Source: Xylographa opegraphella (lineage: Eukaryota). Taken from it: a stretch of 20,000 nucleotides of DNA. Shown here one piece after another: positions 1-11,599 of the stretch. Position 1 is the stretch's first letter, and each line of letters begins with the position of its first letter. The translations under genes and the position numbers were made by a program. The stretch covers positions 121,013 through 141,012 of the forward strand of contig JALDZX010000054.1 of the NCBI GenBank assembly GCA_022813865.1, written 5' to 3'. The notes below the pieces were generated by a model that was given only the letters and a program-made list of their open reading frames with translations, was not told the DNA's origin and ran no database searches.

Positions 1-853
1 ATTCTCCCATTCTTGATCTGCTTCGCTCTCACCCTCACGAACAGCCACTCTACTCCCGCCAGCGGCAGAATCTTCTTGATTTCCAAATTTAGAAGAACAG
101 TTGGGTACCATAAATGGCCGTTCCGGTACTGCCAGGGTATAGAATCTGGGGCATGCTCCCGGAAAGACTCCACGATCTGAGGGAACGCATCTGCCACGTA
201 GCCGAGGCTGTTCATGGTGAACTTCTCACCACTTTTGAAGCGTATCCATTCGTCAACAATAGAAAGGTCGAGCTGACCTGTACGAGGGATGAAAATGTCG
301 ATTTTGGCAGAGGCTTTCCGAAAGCTGAGAAAGGGCATATCTGAGTAGCTTCTCCAATGCTCGTCGCGGTTGGTACTTATCAGGGGGATCTTGGCGGGGT
401 ATGGGGCGGGAAGTAAGCTCCAATTCGTGGAGAGACTTATGCCGGTCTCGGTGGCCATATTTGTGTGAGTGACATAGCCAACGACCTCTTCGCGGCTGGA
501 ACCTTGTGTTAGGCTGACGTGGATGGTTGATGTCTGCTGGCCTAGCTTGAGGTCCTTGACAGTGAATGTGGCGGTCCCAGTTGAAGCGCGACGCAGGAAA
601 TTCAGGTGAACTGTCATGACATGAGGCTGCTGCTGCGCCTTGAGAGTCGTGTTGAAATGAAGCGAGGCAACGGCCTGGATACACGAGGTCACATAGCCTC
701 CGTGGGGGACTGGTTATAGAGATCAGTATAGATCACACTGCAACGGAGCTGTGACGTGCCACTGCCAATACACCACTCTTCGGGAAAGAAGGCAGAATAG
801 CTATGAGATCCGATGGCCTTCACATGAGTTGCCTCTATGAAGGAAGACATCAT
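1..853 (-). CDS. Thioesterase-like superfamily protein (acyl-CoA thioesterase / double hot-dog fold), 3' end beyond the left window edge; exons 853-760 and 709-<1
   Basis: Exon 1 MMSSFIEATHVKAIGSHSYSAFFPEEWCIGS splices over a 50-nt intron (759-710, CTGAT branch, CAG acceptor) to VPHGGYVTSCIQAVASLHF...HLNFLRRASTG...DEWIRFKSGEKFTMNSLGYVADAFP...WYPTVLLNLEIKKILPLAGVEWLFVRVRAKQIKNGR, open to position 1. The WCIGSVPHGG and WYPTxxLNL...GVEWLFVRV motifs are typical of fungal thioesterase-family proteins. Exon 2 is missing from the supplied ORF track. Confidence 0.88.
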
Positions 854-1898
854 ATGTAGGCACGGGGTACAAACAGACGACCTGGCGCACAAACGGAGGG
901 AAAGCGACAGTAGGCGGTGTACATCCAGAATCTTAGCATGAGCTCGTCTTAGCCATTGAAGTATATCTGATGACTTCGGACGATCGCAAGGGAAGGCGGT
1001 CAATGAGCGTGGTTGGAAGAAACTTTCCGTTGGTTTTAGACCCGAAATCTGTCGAGGATGATACAAGTCATTTTTCTCGTCTCAAACTCCAGATCGTCAG
1101 ACTCTCAATCATGGTCGGTAGTTCCATCATGGCCGCCTCCTGTCAGTGGCGCAGGAGAGAGATGCTTTAATTGCGCAGTGTGTACGGAGTACTGTGTAAT
1201 AATGATCGAGCACCTGAGATCACAGGTGGTCTGCTCGGGGCGTGTCACGTGGAACTCTGGAGCACAGGAACCAGGAGCCAGGTCCGGGGGGCTACACAGT
1301 ACGTCCGGGGGAACATTAGCGGCTCAGGCAGCGGGGCCGCCCCCGCCAAGTCCACGAGCTCCCCAATTCATTCGTGGCGCATCAGCTGCTCCTGAAACGA
1401 CGTTAGCGGCGGGCGGGTGCAAGTGCCCAGCCAGCCAGCCAGCCCCAGATGCCTCGACTTTCACAGGGTTGAAGCCATAGGTCCTACGGAAGCCGTCACG
1501 GACGCATCAGCATCACTTCTCAAGTACTTATTGCAGTTCCTGAGTCATTGATTATCCCAACATATTGAGGCTTTGCTTGACTGTCATTGCTTCTTATACT
1601 TGCGCCGAACACAAATACCCACTGCACGTATCCTCGTTAAGAACACGCTCGACTTGGGCACATTCAGCAACGGTTCAGCCACAACAGGCACGGGGACACC
1701 GTTCTAGAGCATTAACGCTTGGAACCTACCCTTCGGCTGATCTCTGTGCGACCTATCCGATCGGAGTGTGTCCAGCAGCTTTCTCATAGAAGACCGAAGC
1801 AGAAGCGTTGTGCTACGGAGGTGTTTGGACACCATTATACTACTCGTGGTAGGCCCCATCGAGTCGGAGGATACCGCACTTTCCGCTGGGTACCAGCG

Positions 1899-4800
1899 AT
1901 GGGCAACGTAAGCAGTCGGCCAGACGATGGCTCAGCGCTGCACCTGAAAGATCAGAATCGCTGTACGTGCCGAAATCGTCTTCCCGGACGTGCGAATATA
2001 TGCTGAATATGGAACACACAGTCTCCATAACATCTCTTACTGTAACCAACTCGAGAAGACGAATACTACTCAACGTGGCTCCGAATGGATATCCTGCAAC
2101 CAGGGTTGTAGCAAAGCGCGACATTGGCGACGAGAGTCCTATCGAGTATATACAGGTGACTGAGTGCTCTCAATGCCGGAGACTGCGCTGATATTCCATG
2201 CATTGCAGGATCCAGAAGCCTACACTGCTTTCAGTAATCCTAGTTTCCTACTCCGGTTGAATAACGATGATGAACTACATTTCAATTTCACTTGTGTGAT
2301 ACGACAGACCCCGAGTCAAGCTGGGTCAGCCGGGACCAATAGTAATGCAGCGGTGGATACTTTCATCAATGGCTTGACATTTGCGTTCGCAGCCAGTCCC
2401 AAAGATCTTGACGTCTTGGTCACACGAGAGTTCCATGCGGACCCGAATCTCCACAAGAACTCGAACGTTGAATTGGTGGGATCAGAGTACTCGACTGCCG
2501 GTAGTCCATCAATACAGCTGACGTGGTCATGGAAGTGGCGGCCTCCCAAACTAGCTGAAGATAAAGGAGGTGGCTGGAGGAATACTTGTACGTTTGTTGA
2601 ATATGATCAGAGGGCTCATAGACTCAACACACTGGCTACTTTCTCGTTTTGGGTACAAAACACGGCTCGCACATTCCTCAGCCCTCAAATTCCGTCCCCT
2701 CAATACGAACTACTCGTTCCGCCGAGACTGCGAGTTCCCTCTTCGCAGTCTGTCCAGTCCGCTTTCAGTGACTCAGAGGGGCAGAGTGATGTTCGGGAAA
2801 TCCCGTCGCCAGAGGACATAATAGACAACAGCATACCTGTATTACAAGCAAGCACTAAAGATTCTACGATTGTTGATGTGGCATGTCAGCGGCCTGGCGA
2901 GGATATGAGTGCGGTGGAAGATGGGCCTCTTTTCCGAGCGACTATGAAAGCCCTTGAGCAAAAGACAGGTAGCATGAAGACAAGAATGAAAAAAGTGCTC
3001 AAAAAGGCCGAAGCAGCACAAGCAGCTCAAGTAGAATGCAATGAGTCAGTGGCCGCATTCATGGACGCTCTTCGAGAAGCTTCAGCATCCAATGCAAACG
3101 CGGTTCAACCAGCCTTGGAGCACTACTTTGAAAAGATTGCTAGGCAAATTCTTTCGTACGAAAAACAGAATACGGTGAACCTTCAGAAACTCATCATTGA
3201 CCCTTTATCCAAACTGTATAACATTGACATCAAGCAAGCTGAAAATAAGAAGAAAGATTTCGAAGACGAAAGCAAAGACTATTACGCGTATGTAAGTCGT
3301 TATCTTGGCCAACGTCAGGACTCTTTAAAAGAGAAAAAACGTATAGATAGTGACTCTAAGTACCAAACGAAGAGGCGGAACTTCGAGTTGAAGAGATTTG
3401 ATTATTCTTCTTTCATGCAGGACTTACATGGTGGTAGGAAAGAGCAAGAGGTGCTCTCACATCTTACCAAGTTTGCAGACACGCAAACCAAGAGCTACCT
3501 TTTCACCGCAAAAAAAGTTGAGGAGATGGTGCCGCAGTTGGAGGCACTGATACATGAAGTAAATGAAGTTGACAAAGAGTTTCAATTCCAACGAACAGAA
3601 CGAGAAGAGAAGCGACGAACACTTGAGAAGAGTACTAAACAGTACATTGAGCCAGATGCTGCAAACACAAACTCCACCATCGTCGCACCTCCGACAAGCA
3701 ATGGAAGTTATATTTCAGATTCGGAATTATCGCGAGCCGATAGCAATGGTCGGAATAGTTTACATCACAACAGCTCATCCGCTACTCAACACGCACTCGT
3801 GGCATCTTCTTCCGCTCCAAATACCGGGCTGACTCCTACATCCTCGAGTCTACGGTCTATCAGTGGCTCCCCCCTAACCAGTCCTGGCCAAGATAGATTC
3901 AAAGGCATTCGCGACCTTGAGGAAAGACACCAGGTTATGTCCGCTAATTTTGAGAAAAACGTCGGACTCCAGCGAAAGGAAGGTCTTCTGTGGGCTTTGA
4001 GCAGACCAGGATCTCATGTAGACCCACGAGGTTTGAACAAACAGGCGTGGCACAAGTAAGCTTTTCTGTCCGTTTACCCCAGTATGTTTTTCTGATCTCA
4101 TAGATTCTGGATTGTGTTGGACCAAGGCAGATTATCAGAGTACAGCAACTGGAAAGAAAGATTAGACTTACACATGGAGCCAATAGACCTACGACTGGCT
4201 TCTGTACGGGAGGCCCGAAATGCTGAGAGGAGGTTTTGCTTCGAAGTTATCACGCCCAACTACAAACGAGTATATCAGGCGACTTCAGAGGAAGACATGA
4301 ACAACTGGATAAACTCCATCAATAACGCCCTTCAAAGTGCTGTTGAGGGCCGGAGTCAGCCACAACCCTTCGCACCAACGCCTGGTAACGAAGGTTCGCT
4401 ACGTCGTGATATCGGTTCCGTTTTGACTGGGAAATCACCATCGTACCATGGCCATCAATTCCATCATTCGGCCTCGAATGCGGGTGCTAATACAGCAAAC
4501 AATAGTATCTATAGACGTACGACTGTTGGTGCGAGGCCAAATTATACACGAACGGAAAGCAATAGCTATGGGGACGACCCAATGAAACTCCTGCAAGAGA
4601 TCCGTGATAGGGACAAAGGAAATCTTTGGTGCGCCGACTGCAGTTCGAATCTCAAGACCGAGTGGGTTTCCATCAACCTGGGCATAATTCTCTGTATCGA
4701 ATGCAGTGGAATCCATCGTTCTCTAGGAACGCATGTCTCTAAGGTCCGCTCTCTTACATTAGATACTGTTTCATTCACTGCAGATATTGTCGACATCATA

Positions 4801-5466
4801 ATGCAGATCGGAAATCGGATTAGCAATCAAATCTGGGAGGCAAAGCTTGATCCATCGGTCAAGCCTCAACCCTATGCGACAAGGGATCAGCGTCTCCGAT
4901 TCATTACCGAGAAATACGTGGAGAGGTTATACATCGAACCGCTTTCAGTAACATTGTCCCACTACGCCACCGCGGACGACACTCTCATCACTTCCGTAAA
5001 AAGAAACGATATCCAGCAAGTCCTTTACGCTATTGCCCTCAGGGCAAACCCGAATGTGAAAGACCGCTCTCGAGACACTCACGTCATCTTCCTCGCCCTC
5101 GCCGCTGCAGATCCTGCATCTCCTCAGGGCCTCAACGGGGCTCCTTCAGAAGTAAGTTCGCCAAGCTCTCGAGGTCCCGGTATCGGTGCAGGCAAGAAAA
5201 CCCCTACTTTCGCGATAGCCGAGTTTCTGCTCCAGAATGGTGGCGAGTTACCAGCTAAAATTCCAGCTTTTCCGCTTTCGGCGGCAGCACAGCAGTATAT
5301 CGAACAGAGATGTGCTAAAGCAGCTGGAGCGAGCTCTGGTGGCGATACCCTTACGGCTCTACCTAGCATCAAATCGCCTACTAGTCCGGCGGAGAAGGAA
5401 AGAGAACGACTGCAAAAGCGGACAAGTGCAGGTGCAAGGCTGGTGGGGCGAACAATTGGGGCATGA
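1899..5466 (+). CDS. csx2: Arf GTPase-activating protein with BAR, PH, ArfGAP and ankyrin-like region (csx2/Age1/ACAP-like), 1135 aa; exons 1899-1962, 2022-2155, 2209-4055, 4104-5466
   Basis: Three GT-AG introns (1963-2021, 2156-2208, 4056-4103) with consistent phases give 3408 nt. BAR start EDGPLFRATMKALE; PH domain RKEGLLWALSRP...WHKFWIVLDQG...RRFCFEVITP...YQATSEEDMNNWINSIN; ArfGAP zinc finger CADC-x17-CIECSGIHR followed by SLGTHVSKVRSLTLD. Confidence 0.92.
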
Positions 5467-6059
5467 TATGATGGATACTAGACGAAGAATGTGATGTTAG
5501 CTTCTCCAGGCTGCATGAAATAATCGATGGACATACCTACACTGGTGGCGGAATGATATATGGCGTTGGTGGTGGTTGCGCATGCATGACGCCTGCTGGG
5601 AAGGCTTTTTATTTCGACTGCTGGTGGGCTGGCTCTGGATATGGTGTCCGCGGTGGTAATGTTAATAGAGGAGAATTATGCAATTACGACAGGCTGGCTC
5701 CTGAACTATAAGATATCCGACAACCAATGTTGTCAATGCAGTAAAAACATATATGTTGATCATCCAACGGTAGTCGTCCTCGAATGCTCGCTTAATCCTG
5801 ATAGCGGCGAGTCACATCTGCATCCTTCCACACCCGCCTCCAATGGTCTGGCGCGTCCGAATGATTCACTCGCCCCCTGCCAGATGACTCTTCATGCTTA
5901 CCGGCCCAGTTTATTCCTCCTCATACCCATATTTCCACACTATGCCCCGTTGCGAACATATATTCAGGCTGCCTCGACCGATTTTCACCCTCCAATTATA
6001 GAAGCAACCACCGCACAACCACCTCCTCGAATCACGCTAGGCGCTTGCCCCTTCCAATT

Positions 6060-6605
6060 ATGTGCCTCATCAACTGTCGCTCCAAGGAAGAGCCCGACGT
6101 GATCGTCGCCCCACGACCCGTCTCCGCCCCCCGCCCACCCTCAACACACTCCCCCATCCCCCGCCCACGCTCCTACAGTTCACAGACCGCGCCAATTCCG
6201 CTGCAGTCGCATCCACGCTTCTCCACCGTCTCACACGTCTCCCCGCGCGCCTCGCAGGTCAGCTACATTGTGCCCGTCGAGCCGCAGCCGCGCCCACGTC
6301 CGCAAGGGCAAGTCGTTGTTATTGATCAGCGCACGCCGCGGACCTCGGGGGCGGTGTCGATCCGCGAGGGTGGGGCATATGTGTATGGGACGGGCCCGGT
6401 GATGTTGAGCCGGCAGGCGTCGGTGTCGCGGCCGGGGATCCATGTGCAAGGTGGGCATCGGCGCAGCGGGAGCCTCGGGATCGAGAGAAGGAGTAGTGCG
6501 GTGTACGGGAAGGATCCAAGAACAAGTAACACGAGCTATAGGTCTACACGGGAGAGAATTGTGATTGTGGATGGTAACGGGACAAGAAGGGAGTATTATA
6601 GATAA
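6060..6605 (+). CDS. Hypothetical Pro/Ser/Arg-rich protein, 181 aa, single exon
   Basis: ATG at 6060 (MCLINCRSKEEPDVIVAPRP...) open to TAA at 6605; GC-rich coding-like composition after a pyrimidine-rich leader; ends RSTRERIVIVDGNGTRREYYR. No recognisable domain. Confidence 0.65.
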   Translation: MCLINCRSKEEPDVIVAPRPVSAPRPPSTHSPIPRPRSYSSQTAPIPLQSHPRFSTVSHVSPRASQVSYIVPVEPQPRPRPQGQVVVIDQRTPRTSGAVSIREGGAYVYGTGPVMLSRQASVSRPGIHVQGGHRRSGSLGIERRSSAVYGKDPRTSNTSYRSTRERIVIVDGNGTRREYYR

Positions 6606-6798
6606 CTGGCGAGGCACAAGAGGTCGGTCATGTCAATCGTGGCAAGCGGTGGAAAGATTGCGCATTGATGATGTGCAGCATTTTTTCGTGCCTCAAGTCT
6701 TTGCATCTCGAATAGCTGGGACCAAATGGATCAAGGCCCAGAGCAATATATCGCGGATAACATTTTCCGGTCGTTCTTTAGCCCGATAGAACCACCAC

Positions 6799-9700
6799 TT
6801 ACCTTGGCCGGAGTGGCTGCAGTGACGGTATGTTCAGTATCTGGTCCTCATTACTATCCTCATCCATAAGACCTACTTCGGATCGCGTCTGAACTATGGG
6901 CCTTGCGGGAAGTGACGGTCGTCTCGAGGCATCTGTCTCATTCTGGATCGGTGTATTACCGAATCGCGATCGTACCGACACTGGAAGCTGACGCGATGCT
7001 GGTCGATCTACCCTAGTGGACCGACGTGGTGGAGGCAGAGAACCACTATAGGAAGACTTGTTCCCGCCTCTGAATACAGAAGCCGGATCAGGAATTCGTA
7101 TGTCACCTGAAACTGGTGCAGTCGCTGCAAGTGGCAGCATTGGTGGGTTGTTTGAGGTAAGCAGCGGTGGTTTTTTGGGTATAGGAGGCGCCGGTTTCCT
7201 TCGCACTCCGGCGACTGAAAATGTCGAGGACGCAAAGCTATCGATTCGCGCAAGTGGAGCTCCATTTGCTGTCGCTTCCACACCATCCACATGGATATAT
7301 TCTGACAGCCGCTGGTCTCTGGGATTGTAAGCGCGGGCATTTCTCTCCGAGATACTCGGCGCCCTCCCATCGTGAATACTACTCTGCCGATGATCGGTCC
7401 TGTTCGACGGAATGCCAACAACTACCCATTCTGGCTCACTGGTGGGTGTGAATGGATTTGCAGAGCGGTGAGGATTGGGAATGAAATTCGGATTCGATTC
7501 TCCTATTTTGGATCGAACAGGAAGACCTGGCACATTTAGCACTACAAGCAGAATAATCTTGGAAGACTGTTCGGGCTGGTACCATTGTCTAGCCACCATT
7601 TGTGCCGATCTGAGCTCGCTGGAGGGAGCCCAGGTTCTATAGAGTCATAATCCCCTAGGTCATCATCGTCCAAGTCACCGGCTCGTGCATTGGCTGTTGC
7701 ATTCCCGACATCCAGACGACGATTGTTGTAGATTTTGTGACTCAAAATTTCTTCTTTTTCTTGATCAATTACACTGATGTTGCATTCGAATGTTGCGAAA
7801 ACAGGACGATGATCTGAAAACCTTAATGGAGCTGTGTTATAGTGTATCTGTCGTAAGTTGTCCCCTTTACGTAATATCCTATCACACCAAGCTGGTATCC
7901 GAGCTTTCTCACTATCAAATGTTAGCAGGCTAGCCCATACGCATATTCCATGAATTCTGGACGCACGAGGTGTCGTATTCATCAGTTCCGTTATCGTATT
8001 TGTAAGTTGGAAGAAAGGTTATCTTGGCTTCGGAATAGAAGGAAAATGTATTTCCCGCGACCATCTGCACGTGCAACTGTACAGGGTCTTCAGCCATGTC
8101 GTACCTCACTCGACACTGCAATCTGTCTTACCTGGTCATTCTGATACAATGTGCCCAGGTCGCCAGCTTTGATAAGTTTGCGGACTTTGTCGTCCGTTAG
8201 CCCGATTCTGTAATTGAAATCGCCAAGCCACAATATAGTATCGTGGTCCTCGATAGCACGATTACGCTGAAACCGGAGACCGTGGCTGATTGTTTGATAG
8301 TCTCGGTTTCTCTCATCATAATTTGCGAATCCTGCAGCAAGATGTGCCGTCACGAAGCATATTCGAGTCTACGTACTCTTCAATACTACTTCCACTCCGG
8401 AGTTAGTAAACTAGTACTCACGTTTGCAAAGTCCATTCGGATCGCTACCGCGCCTTTATTGCCAGCAATACCAGAGAGGCCAGTCTAAATACACTTAGCA
8501 ATACTACTTGTGGATCTGAGGAATGCGATATCCTACCTTCTTAACGCTTCCCTCAACATTTTTGATCGATTTCAAGACGCTGGATTTCACGAATATCAAG
8601 AGGGCAGCCCCTACTAACTGACCACTTCGTAGCAGAACGTATTCTTCGGATTTGTGCTTTCGAGCATCTTCGTTCAATGTCCTTACTACGGCAAGCTCCC
8701 ACTCTTGTCGCCGTGCAGGATCAGTTGACATGATTTGTTGGGCATTAAGTTCCACGATCTCTTGGAAGCCGACAGCAACAATATCTGCTGGACGTTGCGA
8801 TTCATCGATTTTAGGGCACAGCCAGTTAGATAGATCTTCTCTGGTACTCCTGCCTCTCCCGTTCAAATTGAATGTTCCGACCCATATACTGATAACCTCG
8901 TTGCTCGTGTATTCTTGTGACCTATTGCAAGCATTAGTCTCACAACCAACGGACCAGGTATAATTTTTGAGACTCACCTTCTTTTCAGCTCTGTTATAAC
9001 ATAATCGTTTATAGGGTCGTACAGCTGTACAGGGGCTTGGTTTACCAACCGACCCTGAGTCTCTGTCAGATTTCTTCAATCAGCCACAGAGATCTGTTTG
9101 GGCAATTACCAGTAATTTATCAATAACATTTTGCCGCCCTTTGTCGACGAAGTTGTTAATGTACAGTCGAGTGGCACTTTTCCGAGCATCGGCAAATGCA
9201 CCTGCTAAAGACATCTTACCATGCCGGGTAAACGAGGATTTGAGCGCTCCAGTGCCGGCATAGATCTTGGACAGAGCCTGCAAATGATTTAAGTGAGTCC
9301 CTTCATGATGTTGGATAAGTGACCTACATCTCCGTTGTCGGCCCACAGAGTGGAGTGTCTCATCCAAAAATCCGTCAATGCGTGTTCGCCACGATCTCTA
9401 AGGAATGATTCCATGGCCATCTGGCTGATTATAGTCTGGATGAGGTTAGTCCGGTCGAGGCAGTCGAGGCAGTTGGTCCGGAAAATCCCTTCCTGTTGCA
9501 GAACAACCACAGGCCGCTTGACTTCAGCCCTTGATCCAGGCTCAAAGTCATCAACGTTATCGGAAAGGTAGTACGCAAATGCTTCTGCATAACTTTGTAT
9601 AAGATGACGGACCATGCTGGCGGTTTCATAACCTCCGGGACCTTTAGTCTCCGCATGAAAGTCGAATTGTGAGCCTTTCAATAGGCAATGGTCCGAAGTA

Positions 9701-10990
9701 TCTTCACGTGATCTACTATGATTCATGGGGTTCATTCGGATGTGGTGATTATATCTTGCGGTCAATTCCACCTCCTGTACTTTTGACTCGCTCAGTAGAT
9801 TCAAGACGTGGATAGTGCCATAATTCATTTCGAGCTCTTCAAAGTGTTTATCGAAAGCCGGTTGAGTAGCTTCAGGGGATCTGGTAATCTGGATCTTTTG
9901 CTGTTGTGGCAGAAGACCGGCCGCCTGTTCCCAGAAGACGGGTACGGAACCTCGGATTTGGGCATAAGAGAAGCACAGGCCTGAAGGAAACCAGTAGATC
10001 GTCTCTGTCTCAACGAAATTGGCGACATTACCATCGTCATCAATACCGCGAGCATTGAATCTAGTTCCGGCACGACGACACGAAAGCCGAGATATAAGAG
10101 TCAGGTTTGAAGGTAGATTTGTATTTAGAGCCGTTAAAGGAGATGAAGATGCAGGAACCACAATGGTGTGTACATAGCCTCTGATTGCCGAGGTTAGGAT
10201 GTGAGACGCATCTAACAACTCCCTGTCCAAATTGGCCAAACGTGAGCGAAATTGAATAAGAGGATCGATCATGTACGAGTTCCACAGAAAGCTTTCATCA
10301 AGGCTATGTGCCTCGAAAACGGACTCCTTTGAGGACCTGATAACATCAACAATTATAGAATATGCGAGGAACTTAACCTACCTATTCTGCAACCTATTTG
10401 TTAAGTCGAAGTCGACACTATAGTAGAAGGTGCCACTGCCAAGAACCTTGCTCAGAGCAAGACATGGATGTACAAGAGGATCATCACCCGGATTTATGTC
10501 ATAAGAGATGTCAACTGACTCCGCTACCGGGGGTTCGTGGCGGCGATCGTGATGATTAACATCGTCCGATATTTCATCGTCGAAATCGCTATTGTTCAAA
10601 CAATCTGTAAAGAGTCAGACACGGTCCATGCTTATCCATACCCTCACAATCTGCCCTACAAAAATCTACTGCCACAATCCTTTGAACGTTTTCTCCTGGT
10701 CGTACCGTGGCCACATGCGAAGCTTGTGTTATCACGCTTAAGAACACATCTCTGTTAATGTTGATGAGTCCTAGAGTACCGTAAACACCTGAAGTTCGGA
10801 TTGACCGATAATCGGACAAGTCAATTGTGCTCAAACTAGCGAACTCGACCATACATCGTGGCACCGTCGATTTTGATAACAAGCCCGGGCTAGGCTGCGA
10901 CGAGGAGTGGCGAAACACAAGCGCATGGCTATCGGTCACTAAGGCAATGGACCTGTGAGATTGGTCTCGCAGCAGAACCCGGAGCGACAT
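6799..10990 (-). CDS. INP53: Synaptojanin-like phosphoinositide phosphatase (SAC1 domain + inositol polyphosphate 5-phosphatase + Pro-rich tail; Inp52/Inp53/Syj1 family), 1219 aa; exons 10990-10660, 10604-10382, 10336-9328, 9277-9110, 9054-8978, 8921-8537, 8484-8422, 8368-8132, 8076-7967, 7911-7583, 7526-6799
   Basis: Ten GT-AG introns of 45-56 nt give a phase-consistent 3660-nt CDS. SAC motifs [32 protein letters not shown] and catalytic [12 protein letters not shown] (CX5RT); 5-phosphatase motifs [56 protein letters not shown]. Confidence 0.95.
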
Positions 10991-11554
10991 CGTGGAAGAC
11001 TGCAGGAAAGCCGAGGTCTACCTATCTGCAATCGCGTAGCTTAGTGTTGCTCTTCGCAATGTGTATACCACGGCTCCATCGCGATTCTTAGCCATGGATA
11101 CTGCGTAAACATAGCCAGAGATAATTCGGTCAGTTAACTGTTGAAGGCTCTGGGAAGGCTGACACTCAAGCACCGTGGAAGCCAGTGAAGGTATCAGTTG
11201 GCTCGGCGGTATCCACTGTGAAGTACCTTGCAGATCTCTATCTGAGCAAAACTCGCTCCAACTTGATTTGGTCGAGGCTGAGAACCTGGCCGTACTATGC
11301 CGTCGATATTATTGCTGGCTGTTCTGTTCTCCGTCTTGACGAACATGCTGATTATTACCTTGGTGCTCTTATTACCTTTTGTAGATTAGGCCCTTCATGG
11401 CTGCTCCCGAGTCCGTCCGGAAGACCCTGCGGAGTGCCAAGCGGTAGCAGGGGCTTGGTGACTCACTAGTTCCGAAGCTTGCTTAGCTCCACACACTATA
11501 CTACGTAATACCGCATAATTTCCTATCTTAAGGTACCTTACCGAATAGTACCTA

Positions 11555-11599
11555 GCCTGCCTTACCTTACCTACCTCCTAAGGCTAAGGTAAGGCAGGC
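11555..11599. repeat. Perfect 15-bp inverted repeat with 15-nt spacer
   Basis: GCCTGCCTTACCTTA (11555-11569) is the exact reverse complement of TAAGGTAAGGCAGGC (11585-11599). Confidence 0.9.

Noticed and set aside
5641..6102. 153-aa ORF overlapping the start of the 181-aa gene
   Set aside because: No protein-like motifs; spans the probable ArfGAP 3' UTR and the pyrimidine-rich leader of the next gene.
6799..10990. Apparent frameshifts or fragmentation (pseudogene) in the ORF track
   Set aside because: Every break is explained by a phase-consistent GT-AG intron and the catalytic motifs are intact.
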